The notes: a model not told the origin generated them from the sequence alone. A DNA stretch of 64,000 bases from Nocardioides sp. (GCA_044464665.1 JBIQLB010000020.1:3104-67103), one strand, 5' to 3'; shown: positions 47,983 to 56,844, counted from the first letter of the stretch. Numbers and translations: made by a program.

Positions 47983-47984
47983 GG
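47951..47984. repeat. 34-bp direct repeat, copy 2 (70 bp from copy 1, one mismatch)
   Basis: TGGGCGAAGACGCGACGGTAGGACTCgAGCATGG. Confidence 0.95.
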
Positions 47985-47991
47985 CCCGGCG

Positions 47992-48021
47992 AGCCTACGA
48001 CCTCGTGGTCGTTCGTAGGAT
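47992..48021. promoter_or_regulatory. Back-to-back divergent -10 elements embedded in an inverted repeat
   Basis: The minus strand reads TAGGCT (47997-47992), 9 nt before the uORF ATG. The plus strand reads TAGGAT (48016-48021), 7 nt before ATG 48029. The arms CCTACGA (47994-48000) and TCGTAGG (48013-48019) are inverted repeats. Confidence 0.4.
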
Positions 48022-48028
48022 CGGGGGC

Positions 48029-49129
48029 ATGCCCGCCGGTGCCGCGCCGTACGACGCCCTGCTCCTGGTCTCCTTCGGCGGACCGGAGCGGCCCGAGGAC
48101 GTGGTCCCGTTCCTCCGCAACGTCACCGCCGGCAAGGACATCCCCGACGACCGGCTGGTCGAGGTCGGCGCGCACTACTCGCTCTTCGGCGGGCGCAGCC
48201 CGATCAACGACCAGAACCGCGCTCTGCTGCAGGCGATCCGGGCCGATCTGGCTGCCGCCGGCCTCGACATCCCGGTCTACTGGGGCAACCGCAACTGGGA
48301 CCCCTACCTCACCGACGCGCTGGCCCGGATGCGCGAGGACGGGGTGCGGCGGGCGGCCTGCCTGGTCACCTCGGCGTACTCCTCCTACTCGGGCTGCCGG
48401 CAGTACCGCGAGGACCTCTACGAGGCGTCCGCGCGGGTGCCGGGGTCGCCGCGCCTGGACCGGCTGCGCGCCTACTTCAACCACCCCGGGTTCGTGGAGC
48501 CGAACGTCGACGCGACGCTGACCGCGCTGGCCGCCCTCCCCGAGCAGGTACGCCGCGACGCGCACCTGGTCTTCGTCACCCACTCGATCCCGGTCGCCAT
48601 GAACGCCAGCAGCGGCCCCGACGGCGACGCCTACGTCCGCCAGCACCGCAGCGTGGTCGCGGAGATCGCCGATCGGGTGCGCGAGGAGACCGGCCATCGG
48701 TACCCCGCCGACCTGGTCTACTGCTCGCGCTCGGGACCGCCGTCGATGCCGTGGCTGGAGCCGGACGTCAACGACCATCTGACCGCGCTGCACCGGGCGG
48801 GCGTCCCGTCGGCGGTGCTGATCCCGGTCGGCTTCGTCTCCGACCACATGGAGGTCATCTACGACCTCGACACCGAGGCGCTGGCGACCGCCCGCGACCT
48901 CGGCATGGCCTGCGAGCGGGCCGACACCGCCGGGGTGGACCCGCGGTTCGTCGCGATGGTGCGCGACCTGCTGCTGGAGCGGGCCGCCGCCGAGCGGGGC
49001 GAGGACCCGGAGCGGGCGGCCGTCGGCTCGCTGGCGCCCGCCTGGGACGTCTGCTCGGCGGGCTGCTGCCCCAACCTGCGCGGCGCGAAGCCGGCCCTGT
49101 GCGGCGTCGACTCGCCCGAGGTCGTCTGA
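48029..49129 (+). CDS. hemH: Ferrochelatase (actinobacterial coproporphyrin type with a C-terminal Cys cluster)
   Basis: Trimmed to ATG 48029 ([29 protein letters not shown]). C-terminal CSAGCCPN...ALCG, consistent with [2Fe-2S] ligands. Confidence 0.88.
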   Translation: MPAGAAPYDALLLVSFGGPERPEDVVPFLRNVTAGKDIPDDRLVEVGAHYSLFGGRSPINDQNRALLQAIRADLAAAGLDIPVYWGNRNWDPYLTDALARMREDGVRRAACLVTSAYSSYSGCRQYREDLYEASARVPGSPRLDRLRAYFNHPGFVEPNVDATLTALAALPEQVRRDAHLVFVTHSIPVAMNASSGPDGDAYVRQHRSVVAEIADRVREETGHRYPADLVYCSRSGPPSMPWLEPDVNDHLTALHRAGVPSAVLIPVGFVSDHMEVIYDLDTEALATARDLGMACERADTAGVDPRFVAMVRDLLLERAAAERGEDPERAAVGSLAPAWDVCSAGCCPNLRGAKPALCGVDSPEVV

Positions 49130-49935
49130 TGGAGCAGGTGAGCGGGCTCGACGCCGAGCTGCTCGCCCTGGCGACCTCGGTCGCCCGCGAGGCCGGCGAC
49201 CTGGTCCTCCGGCTGCGCCGCGAGGGCGTCGATATCGCCGACACCAAGAGCAGCGCCACCGACATCGTGACCGCGGCCGACCGGGCCAGCGAGGAGCTGA
49301 TCCGCGGGCGCATCCTCGACGCCCGTCCCGGTGACGGCCTCCTCGGGGAGGAGGGCTCGGACGCCGCCGGCACGACCGGCGTGCGCTGGGTCGTCGACCC
49401 GATCGACGGGACCGTCAACTACGCCCACGACCTGCCCAACTACGCGGTCTCGGTCGGCGTCGAGGTCGACGGCGAGACCCGGGTCGGGGTGGTGGTCAAT
49501 CCCGCCGCCGGGGTCGAGTACGTCGCCGTGCGCGGTCGCGGCGCGATCCGGGACGGCCGGCCCCTCCGGGTGGCCGATCCGGTGCCGTGGGAGCGGGCCC
49601 TGGTCGGCACCGGCTTCTCCTACGACAGCGAGCTGCGGGCCGTCCAGACGACCACCTTCGCCCGGCTGCTCCCGGCCATCGCGGACATCCGGCGCCTGGG
49701 CTCGTGCGCCCTGGATCTGTGCGCCGTGGCGGACGGCCGGCTCGACGCCTACGTCGAGGACGACATCGGCGGGCTGTGGGACTACTCGGCCGGCCGGCTG
49801 GTCGCCGAGGAGGCGGGCGCAAGGGTCGAGGTGCTGCGCGGGATCGCCGGCGGGACGCTGCTCGTGGCGGCTCCGGCGCCGGCGTACGACGGCTTCCGCA
49901 GGCTCGTGGCGGAGTGCGGCTTCGTCGCCGGCTGA
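49129..49935 (+). CDS. Inositol monophosphatase family protein
   Basis: EEGS...WVVDPIDGTVNY...DLCAVADGRLDAY motifs. Its ATG overlaps the hemH stop (TGATG). Confidence 0.85.
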   Translation: MEQVSGLDAELLALATSVAREAGDLVLRLRREGVDIADTKSSATDIVTAADRASEELIRGRILDARPGDGLLGEEGSDAAGTTGVRWVVDPIDGTVNYAHDLPNYAVSVGVEVDGETRVGVVVNPAAGVEYVAVRGRGAIRDGRPLRVADPVPWERALVGTGFSYDSELRAVQTTTFARLLPAIADIRRLGSCALDLCAVADGRLDAYVEDDIGGLWDYSAGRLVAEEAGARVEVLRGIAGGTLLVAAPAPAYDGFRRLVAECGFVAG

Positions 49936-50023
49936 GGCCCGTCGCGAGCTCGTGGTTTGCGAAGGCTCGTCCTCGGGAACAAACCCCGCCTGGCCCTCGT
50001 TGGGGGACATGCCGATGCCAGGC

Positions 50024-50049
50024 GTGCACTTTCGATCCGCGTAGTGCAC
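50024..50049. promoter_or_regulatory. 7-bp inverted repeat upstream of the DUF4193 gene (candidate operator)
   Basis: GTGCACT-(12 nt)-AGTGCAC, overlapping a CACAAT -10-like hexamer. Confidence 0.3.
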
Positions 50050-50127
50050 AATCTGGGCCGCTACCGCTGCACAGCGGTGGAGGGTGAGCAGCACCGCCGG
50101 CGGAACGCGGGCGGCAGGGAGAGGACG

Positions 50128-50418
50128 ATGGCAACCGACTACGACGCACCACGCAAGACCGAGGAAGAGCAGAACGAGGACAGCCTCGAAGAGCTCAAGG
50201 CGCGGCGTCACGACAAGAACTCGGGCAAGGTCGACGAGGACGAGGCCGAAGCCGCCGAGTCCTTCGAGCTGCCGGGCGCGGACCTGTCCCACGAGGAGCT
50301 GGCCGTCGAGGTCAAGCCCCGTCAGGACGACGAGTTCACGTGCATGAGCTGTTTCCTGGTCCACCACCGGAGCCAGCTCGTCGACGAGAAGAAGCTCATC
50401 TGCCGGGATTGCGCCTAA
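50128..50418 (+). CDS. DUF4193-family protein
   Basis: MATDYDAPRKTEEEQNEDSLEELKA... acidic N-terminus and a C-terminal CMSCF...CRDC pair. RBS GGGAGAGGA. Confidence 0.8.
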   Translation: MATDYDAPRKTEEEQNEDSLEELKARRHDKNSGKVDEDEAEAAESFELPGADLSHEELAVEVKPRQDDEFTCMSCFLVHHRSQLVDEKKLICRDCA

Positions 50419-50435
50419 GCGGTCGCGCAGACGAC

Positions 50436-50469
50436 AGCGGCCGCCGCTCCCGAAGGAGCGGCGGCCGCT
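50436..50469. terminator. Bidirectional terminator hairpin between convergent genes
   Basis: AGCGGCCGCCGCTCC-cgaa-GGAGCGGCGGCCGCT (15-bp perfect stem). Confidence 0.65.
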
Positions 50470-50476
50470 TCACGTC

Positions 50477-50812
50477 TCAGGCGTTGCCGCCGTGCGGGGG
50501 CAGGTGCCCCGTCGAGCGGGTGTAGTACCGCGCCGCCCGCCGGCTCGCCAGCATCCGGGCGATCGCCACGATGGCGCCGCTGGCGACGGCCCAGGCGACC
50601 GCCTCGCGCAGGTCCACCTCGGGGTCGGCCGGGTTGGACGGCGGCTCCTTGCCGGTCGCCGCGCGCCAGAAGGCGTTGAGCCCCTTGCGGGCGATCACCG
50701 CGGCCAGGAGCGTGGCGACCACCGAGAAGACGCTCCACACCTTGGAGGACTCGGGGGCCTCGACCGTCTCGAGATCCGCCGTCTCCGGTTCCTGCGTGCG
50801 TGTGCGGGCCAT
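50477..50812 (-). CDS. DUF4235-family membrane-associated protein
   Basis: 111 aa with WSVFSVVATLLAAVIARKGLNAFWRAATG and AVAWAVASGAIVAIARMLA helices. Confidence 0.7.
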   Translation of the reverse strand: MARTRTQEPETADLETVEAPESSKVWSVFSVVATLLAAVIARKGLNAFWRAATGKEPPSNPADPEVDLREAVAWAVASGAIVAIARMLASRRAARYYTRSTGHLPPHGGNA

Positions 50813-50848
50813 CGTCGCCTCTCGGTCGGGTCGGTCGTCGCCGACAGC

Positions 50849-51313
50849 CTACGGCCGGCGCTCGCCGTTGGGCAGCCCGGACAGGGCCTGGGCCAGGGTC
50901 ACCGGATGCCGCGAGGAGACCAGCCAGTACGGCGTCGGGTCGGCCGGGTCGGTGATCCGGATGCGGACCGACCGCTTGAGGTAGGGGCGGGTCAGCAGGT
51001 ACGCCCGGGCATCGGCCTCCACGCCGAGCGCCCGCCGGGTCTCCTCGACGTCGAGCGCCTCGACCGCGCCGACGTGCTCCACGGGGATGTGCGCCGCTCC
51101 GGCGTACAGGACGCCGTCGCGCACCTCGATGGTGGCGCCGCCGATCCAGCTGAAGAGCCCGTAGACGATGACCAGCATGACCCCGGTCGCCGTCCAGGCC
51201 AGCCACTCCGGCGTCGCCACGACGAACGTGAGCCAGATCACGGCCAGGCCCATGGTGCCCTGCACCCACCAACGCAGCGGCACGTGCAGCCGCTCCCGGT
51301 AGCTGACAGGCAT
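50849..51313 (-). CDS. DUF3093-family membrane protein
   Basis: Trimmed to ATG 51313 (MPVSYRERLHVPLRWWV). Two TM helices then a soluble domain. Conserved position divergent from dut. Confidence 0.7.
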   Translation of the reverse strand: MPVSYRERLHVPLRWWVQGTMGLAVIWLTFVVATPEWLAWTATGVMLVIVYGLFSWIGGATIEVRDGVLYAGAAHIPVEHVGAVEALDVEETRRALGVEADARAYLLTRPYLKRSVRIRITDPADPTPYWLVSSRHPVTLAQALSGLPNGERRP

Positions 51314-51367
51314 CTGGGTCCTCCTTCGGGAGGACAGCCTGTCACCCGGGGCCAGAGACCCCGCAGG

Positions 51368-51373
51368 TAGGGT
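51368..51373 (+). promoter_or_regulatory. -10 hexamer 6 nt before the dut start (leaderless promoter candidate)
   Basis: TAGGGT-cgctcc-GTG(51380). Confidence 0.45.
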
Positions 51374-51379
51374 CGCTCC

Positions 51380-51820
51380 GTGCTCGAGATCCCGATCGTC
51401 CGGCTGGACCCGGAGCTCCCGCTTCCCTCCTACGCACATCCCGGCGACGCGGGCGCGGACCTGCACACCAGCGTGGACGTCACGCTGGCGCCGGGGGAGC
51501 GCCGGCTGGTGCCGACGGGCGTCGCGCTGGCCCTGCCCGAGGGGTACGTCGGCCTGGTGCATCCGCGCTCCGGCCTGGCCCATCGCGCCGGGCTGTCGAT
51601 CGTCAACGCACCCGGCACGATCGACGCCGGGTACCGTGGCGAGATCCAGGTCTGCCTGGTCAACCTGGACGGAAGCACGCCGATCGAGCTGCGCCGTGGC
51701 GACCGGATCGCCCAGCTGGTGATCCAGCGTCACGAGACCGCCCGGTTCACCGAGGTGGACACGCTGGACGACACCGCCCGTGGCTCGGGCGGTTACGGAT
51801 CGACAGGAGGCTTCCGATGA
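51380..51820 (+). CDS. dut: dUTP diphosphatase
   Basis: [21 protein letters not shown] and C-terminal [10 protein letters not shown] motifs. Confidence 0.93.
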   Translation: MLEIPIVRLDPELPLPSYAHPGDAGADLHTSVDVTLAPGERRLVPTGVALALPEGYVGLVHPRSGLAHRAGLSIVNAPGTIDAGYRGEIQVCLVNLDGSTPIELRRGDRIAQLVIQRHETARFTEVDTLDDTARGSGGYGSTGGFR

Positions 51821-52428
51821 GGTTCGGCAAGCGGGGCGAGCCCGCACCCGACGAGACGGCGGAGGCGCCGGCCGAGGAGACGGGGCCCGCGGGTCCTGTG
51901 GACGTCAGCGAGCTCGACCCCGAGACGACGTACGTCGACCTCGGCAGCCTGCTGATCCCACCGGCCGAGGGCCTGGACCTGCGGCTGCAGGTGGACGAGG
52001 ACAGCGGCACGGTGATGACCGTGCTGATGGTGGCCGAGGACGGCGTGCTGGAGACGCGCGCCTTCGCCTCCTCGCGCGGCGGCGATCTGTGGACCGACGC
52101 CCGGCGCGAGATCGCCGCCGACACCGCCCGCCGCGGCGGGACGGCCACCGAGCAGGAGGGTCCCTTCGGGCCCGAGCTCTACTGCGAGGTCCCGGTCACC
52201 GGGCCGCAGGGCGAGTCGCTGATGCAGCCCTCGCGGGTGATCGGCTGCACGGGACCGCGGTGGTTCCTGCGGGCCACCATCGCCGGCCGGCCGGCCCAGG
52301 ATCCCGAGTACGCCGCGCGCTTCGAGGATGCCCTGCGTGCCATCGGCGTACGTCGCGGCAACGAGGCGATGCCCCCCGGAGAGGCGCTGCCGCTCCGGCT
52401 GCCGCCCGAGGCCCGGCCCCAGGAGTGA
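51817..52428 (+). CDS. DUF3710-family protein
   Basis: ATGA overlap with dut. MRFGKRGE... and [13 protein letters not shown], the pattern of the conserved actinobacterial dut neighbour. Confidence 0.75.
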   Translation: MRFGKRGEPAPDETAEAPAEETGPAGPVDVSELDPETTYVDLGSLLIPPAEGLDLRLQVDEDSGTVMTVLMVAEDGVLETRAFASSRGGDLWTDARREIAADTARRGGTATEQEGPFGPELYCEVPVTGPQGESLMQPSRVIGCTGPRWFLRATIAGRPAQDPEYAARFEDALRAIGVRRGNEAMPPGEALPLRLPPEARPQE

Positions 52429-52491
52429 GCGCCGTCGCCGGGCCCGGGGAAGCGTCCTCGGGCCTCGGGACCCGCCGATACGATCTGTCCT

Positions 52492-52857
52492 ATGTCACCG
52501 AGCCAAGGGCGCCTGCGCGCCGGACTGCGCCGCTGGGCGAGCCAGTCCCACGCGGAGGCGGTCGATCTGCAGCGGGAGGCCGTCAAGGCCGGCGCGCTGC
52601 CGATCGGTGACGCCCCCGACCGGGAGAAGGTCTGCGTCCACGGCACGCTGCGCACCGTCACCCTCCGCCCGCGCGGCGGCGTGCCGGCCCTGGAGGCCGA
52701 GCTCTACGACGGCACCGGCACGCTCACCATCCTCTGGCTCGGCCGGCGCCAGATCGCCGGGATCTTCCCCGGCCGCGCCATCCGCGTGACCGGCCGGATC
52801 GGCGTGCACGACGGCGAGCGGATCATGTACAACCCGCGCTACGAGCTGCGCTACTGA
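52492..52857 (+). CDS. OB-fold nucleic-acid-binding domain protein
   Basis: 121 aa, VCVHGTLRTVTLRPRGGVPALEAELYDGTGTLTILWLGRR. Conserved neighbour of DUF3710/DUF3159. Confidence 0.7.
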   Translation: MSPSQGRLRAGLRRWASQSHAEAVDLQREAVKAGALPIGDAPDREKVCVHGTLRTVTLRPRGGVPALEAELYDGTGTLTILWLGRRQIAGIFPGRAIRVTGRIGVHDGERIMYNPRYELRY

Positions 52858-52864
52858 GCCCGCG

Positions 52865-53596
52865 ATGACCTCGTCCACCCACCACATCGGCACCCGCACG
52901 GTCGAGGAGGTCGTGCGCCGCGAGCTGGCCAAGGCCCTCGGGGGCGTCCGGGGCATGGCCGAGGCGGCCGTCCCGACGATCGCCTTCACCGTCGTCTTCC
53001 TCACCCAGCACGAGCTGAAGCCGGCCCTGTGGGCCTCGCTGGGCTGCGCGGGCGTCCTGCTGCTGATCCGCGTCGTGCAGCGGTCCAACCCGCAGTTCGT
53101 CCTCAACAGCGTGGTCGGCATCGGCATCGGCGCGCTCTTCGCGTGGCGCGCGGCGCGCGGCGGCGGCGACGCGGGGGACCAGGCGCTGGCCTACTTCCTG
53201 CCCGGCATCCTCTACAACGCCGGCTACGCCGTGGTGATGATGCTGAGCATCGTCACCCGGTGGCCGATCGTCGGCTTCCTGGTCGGCAGCGTGACCGGCG
53301 ACCCGACCGGCTGGCGGGCCGACCCGGCCGTGGTCCGGCTGTGCAGCCGGCTGACCTGGCTGCTGGTGCTGCCCTGCCTGGTGCGAGTCGTCGTCCAGGC
53401 CCCGATCTACCTCGCCGGCCGCAACGGCTGGTGGCACGAGGACTCCGCCGTCGCCGCTCTCGGCGCGATGAAGCTGGCGATGGGCTGGCCGCTCCAGGTC
53501 GCCGCGCTCGCCGCGATGGTCTGGCTGCTGGCCCGCGGCCGCACGCCGTACGACGGCTCGATGGCTCCCGCGGAGACCGCACCCGAACAGGGCTGA
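52865..53596 (+). CDS. DUF3159-family membrane protein
   Basis: 243 aa, about 6 TM helices, conserved synteny with the preceding genes. Confidence 0.7.
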   Translation: MTSSTHHIGTRTVEEVVRRELAKALGGVRGMAEAAVPTIAFTVVFLTQHELKPALWASLGCAGVLLLIRVVQRSNPQFVLNSVVGIGIGALFAWRAARGGGDAGDQALAYFLPGILYNAGYAVVMMLSIVTRWPIVGFLVGSVTGDPTGWRADPAVVRLCSRLTWLLVLPCLVRVVVQAPIYLAGRNGWWHEDSAVAALGAMKLAMGWPLQVAALAAMVWLLARGRTPYDGSMAPAETAPEQG

Positions 53597-53656
53597 TCAC
53601 GGACCATCCCTATCTGCTCTCGGGCCGGCAGTCGGCGGGTGGCGGTCCTGGGTGCG

Positions 53657-53707
53657 GGCAGTTCGCGTCGTCGGGCGCCGTTTGGCGGCTCGGATGGTCG
53701 AACTGCC
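53657..53707. other. Long-loop hairpin in a 200-bp convergent intergenic region
   Basis: GGCAGTTCG-(33 nt)-CGAACTGCC. The direct repeat CACCGAGCCGC follows at 53720-53730 and 53738-53748. Confidence 0.3.
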
Positions 53708-53798
53708 TGCGTGGAGGGACACCGAGCCGCACCCGGCCACCGAGCCGCGTCGCCACCAGCACCACCAGGCCGGCGGGGCCAGAGCCATGCCCAGCGGC

Positions 53799-53981
53799 TC
53801 AGTGCCTGCGGTTCTGCAGCAGCACGATGACCAGCGCGAGGCCGAAGCCGGCCAGCAGCGGGCCGGCGAAGGCCTGGGAGCCGTTCTCGGCGTCGTCGCC
53901 GATGATGCCGAGGCCGTCGAGGGTCCACAGCCCTCCGGCCACCAGCAGGAGAGCGGCCAGGATCCAGGCGAGCACGCGCAT
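53799..53981 (-). CDS. Possible small two-TM membrane protein (60 aa)
   Basis: MRVLAWILAALLLVAGGLWTL...LLAGFGLALVIVLLQNRRH. Starts 10 nt after the nagA stop. Confidence 0.4.
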   Translation of the reverse strand: MRVLAWILAALLLVAGGLWTLDGLGIIGDDAENGSQAFAGPLLAGFGLALVIVLLQNRRH

Positions 53982-53990
53982 GGCCGAAGC

Positions 53991-55127
53991 CTAGAGGTCC
54001 AGCCAGCGGCCGCGGCGCATCACCCGGACGACCTCGAGGTCGCCGTCGAGCGCGACAAGATCGGCGCGACGGCCCGGGGCGAGGACGCCCACGTCGTCGA
54101 GCCCGAGCATCGCGGCCGGCGTCGAGGTGGCCGACCGGAGGACCTCGGCCAGGGGGAGGCCGGTGGTGCGCACGGCGTACCGGACGGCGGCGGCCATCGT
54201 CAGGGTGGAGCCGGCGATGGTCTCGGTGCCGGCCACCCGGGCCACGCCGTCGCGGACCTCGACCGACAGCGGCCCCAGGGCGTAGTCGCCGTCGCCGCGG
54301 CAGGAGGCGGACATCGCGTCGGTGACCAGGACGAAGCGCCCGGGGGCGGCCTCGGCCGCCAGCCGGAGCACGGCGGGATGGAGGTGGACGCCGTCCGCGA
54401 TCAGCTCGACGTAGGCCGGCGACCCCAGCAGCGCCGCGACCGGGCCCGGCGCGCGGTGGTGCAGCGGCGGCATCGCGTTGAAGAGATGCGTGCCGGCGCG
54501 GGCGCCCGCGGCCAGCGCCTCGCGTGCCGTCTCGTAGTCGGCGTCGGTGTGGCCGATCGCCGCGGTGACCCCGGCATCCGCCAGGAGCCCGATGGCGTCG
54601 AGGGCGCCGGGCAGCTCGGGGGCGAGGGTGACCATCCGCAGCGTCCCGCGCGCGGCGTCGAGCAGCGCCTCGACCGCGGCCGGCTCGGGAGCGGTCAGCA
54701 GCGCCGGGTCGTGGGCGCCCGGGTGGGCCGGGCTCAGCCACGGACCCTCCAGGTGGAGGCCGGCGAGCGTGCCGTCCTCCACCAGGCCGGCCAGGTCACG
54801 GCAGGAGGCGAGCAGGGTCTCGTGCGACTCGGTCACCAGGCTGGCGACCAGCGTCGTGGTGCCGTGCCGCAGGTGCGCGGCCGCCGCGGTCCGTGCCGCC
54901 TCGGGTCCGTCGCCGTACGCCGCGCCGCCACCGCCGTGGTTGTGCGCGTCCACGAACCCCGGCGCCAGCGTCACCGCGCCGAGATCGTGGTCGGGCGCGC
55001 GCGGGGGAGCGCCGGCGCCGACCTCGGCGATCCGGTCGCCGTCGATCCTCAGCCAGCCGGGCTCGTGCGTCTCGGAGGGACCGAGCACGCGGTCGGCGGC
55101 GATCAGGTCGTGCTCGGCGGTGTTCAT
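53991..55127 (-). CDS. nagA: N-acetylglucosamine-6-phosphate deacetylase
   Basis: GFVDAHNHGGGG, HLEGPWL, IGHTDA and THLFNAM amidohydrolase motifs. Confidence 0.88.
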   Translation of the reverse strand: MNTAEHDLIAADRVLGPSETHEPGWLRIDGDRIAEVGAGAPPRAPDHDLGAVTLAPGFVDAHNHGGGGAAYGDGPEAARTAAAAHLRHGTTTLVASLVTESHETLLASCRDLAGLVEDGTLAGLHLEGPWLSPAHPGAHDPALLTAPEPAAVEALLDAARGTLRMVTLAPELPGALDAIGLLADAGVTAAIGHTDADYETAREALAAGARAGTHLFNAMPPLHHRAPGPVAALLGSPAYVELIADGVHLHPAVLRLAAEAAPGRFVLVTDAMSASCRGDGDYALGPLSVEVRDGVARVAGTETIAGSTLTMAAAVRYAVRTTGLPLAEVLRSATSTPAAMLGLDDVGVLAPGRRADLVALDGDLEVVRVMRRGRWLDL

Positions 55128-55142
55128 CGCACGACACTGTAG

Positions 55143-56372
55143 TCAGCGCAGGGCGTCGCGGCGCGCGGCGAGGAAGCGTCGCTCGGCGGCGTTCTCGGTG
55201 GCCGCGATGGCGGCGTCGTAGGCCCCGATCGCCTCGGTGCGGCGGCCGAGGCGGCGCAGCAGGTCGGCACGGGTCGCGTGCCAGGCGTCGTACGAGGTGA
55301 GGGCCAGCCGGTCGACGATCGCCAGCGCCACCTCGGGCCCGTCCAGCTCGGCCACCGCCACGGCCCGGTTGAGCTCGACCACCGGCGACGGGCGGATCGC
55401 CATCCACTGGTCGTAGAGCTGGACGATCTGGCCCCAGTCGGTCATCGAGGCGTCCAGGGCGTCGGTGTGGACCGCGTTGACGGCCGCCTGGATCTGGAAC
55501 GGGCCCGGCCGGTTGGCCCGCAGACAGCCGCGCACCAGGTCGTGGCCCTCGTCGACGAGGGCGGCGTCCCAGCGGGTCCGGTCCTGCTCGTCGAGCGGGA
55601 CCAGCGTCCCGTCGGCGAAGCGTGCGGGCCGGCGGGCCTCGCTGAGCAGCATCAGCGCGAGCAGCCCGTCGACCTCCGGGGCGGCGCACTCCGCGCGCAG
55701 CTGGCGGGTCAGCCGGATCGCCTCCTCGCAGAGGTCCACCCGGGCGTCCTTGCCGGCCGAGACGAGGTAGCCCTCGTTGAAGATCAGGTAGAGCACCGCC
55801 AGCACGCCGTCGAGGCGCTCGGCCAGGTCGGTCTCGCGCGGGACCCGGTAGGGGATCCTGGCGGCCTTGATCTTCGCCTTGGCGCGGGTGATGCGCTGGG
55901 CCATCGTCGTCTCCGGCACCAGGAAGGCCCGGGCGATCTCGGCGACGGTGAGCCCGCCGAGCAGGCGGAGGGTGAGCGCGACCCGGTTCTCCAGTGCCAG
56001 CGCGGGATGGGCGCAGGTGAAGACCAGCCGGAGCCGGTCGTCGCGGACCGCGCCGAGCTCGGGAGGCGGCTCGTCGTCCTGCAGCATGGTGGCCTCCGCG
56101 TGCTTGGCGTCGCGCTTGCCCTCGCGGCGGATGCGGTCGATGGCCCGGTTGCCCGCCGTACGGGTCAGCCAGCCGCCGGGGTTGGGCGGCACGCCGTCCG
56201 CCGGCCAGCGCTCCAGCGCGATCACCAGGGCGTCGGCCAGGCAGTCCTCGGCCAGGTCGATGTCGCCGAAGCGGCGGATCAGGCCGGCCATGATGCGGCC
56301 GTGCTCGGCCCGGACGACACGGGTGATCTCCTCGTGGAGATCGGTGTCCGGACCGAGCGGCGGCGTGGTCAC
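55143..56372 (-). CDS. ECF sigma factor with a long C-terminal TPR-like extension (ECF42-like)
   Basis: GTG 56372 overlaps the YciI-gene stop (GTGA). Sigma regions 2 and 4 (WLTRTAGNRAIDRIRRE, LGGLTVAEIARAFLVPETTMAQRITRAKAKI) followed by a helical extension of about 230 aa. Confidence 0.8.
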   Translation of the reverse strand: MTTPPLGPDTDLHEEITRVVRAEHGRIMAGLIRRFGDIDLAEDCLADALVIALERWPADGVPPNPGGWLTRTAGNRAIDRIRREGKRDAKHAEATMLQDDEPPPELGAVRDDRLRLVFTCAHPALALENRVALTLRLLGGLTVAEIARAFLVPETTMAQRITRAKAKIKAARIPYRVPRETDLAERLDGVLAVLYLIFNEGYLVSAGKDARVDLCEEAIRLTRQLRAECAAPEVDGLLALMLLSEARRPARFADGTLVPLDEQDRTRWDAALVDEGHDLVRGCLRANRPGPFQIQAAVNAVHTDALDASMTDWGQIVQLYDQWMAIRPSPVVELNRAVAVAELDGPEVALAIVDRLALTSYDAWHATRADLLRRLGRRTEAIGAYDAAIAATENAAERRFLAARRDALR

Positions 56373-56722
56373 TCCGACTGGAAGGGCCGGACCTCGACCC
56401 GGCCGGCGCACGCGGCGGACCCGCGGTGGGCCAGCTCGAGCGCCTCGTCGAGGTCGGCGGCCTCGATGATCCAGAAGCCGCCGAGGTACTCCTTGGACTC
56501 CGAGAACGGCCCGTCGGTCACCAGGCGCTGCCCGGCCGTGTTGTCGACCGTGGTGGCGCTCTCGATGCCCTCGAGGCCGCCGGCGAAGACCCACTTGCCG
56601 GACTGCTGGAGCTCCTCGTTGAAGACGTTCACCGCGTCGAAGATCGGCTGCATCTCCTCCGGGGTCATCTGGTCGAAGTCCTCGGTGCCGTCGTGGTGGA
56701 CTGATAGCAGGTACTGGGTCAT
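56369..56722 (-). CDS. YciI-family (DGPF domain) protein
   Basis: ATG 56722 after AAGGA. MTQYLLSVHH...VTDGPFSESKEYLGGFWIIEA. Confidence 0.8.
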   Translation of the reverse strand: MTQYLLSVHHDGTEDFDQMTPEEMQPIFDAVNVFNEELQQSGKWVFAGGLEGIESATTVDNTAGQRLVTDGPFSESKEYLGGFWIIEAADLDEALELAHRGSAACAGRVEVRPFQSE

Positions 56723-56844
56723 GGTTCTCATCCTTGTCGATGTGTGGGGCGATGCCCAAGGGGCTTGTCTCGATGACTCCACGAACGCGACCCGGCCGAT
56801 ACGACACCTGGACCAAAGAATTTCTCGACGAGCCGGTTCTCCCT

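Noticed and set aside
53597-53830. Track ORFs 53597..53788 (-) and 53639..53830 (+), 63 aa each
   Set aside because: Their composition is implausible (Trp/Cys/Arg runs, Arg/Gly-rich), with no RBS or -10 context. The region is treated as non-coding.
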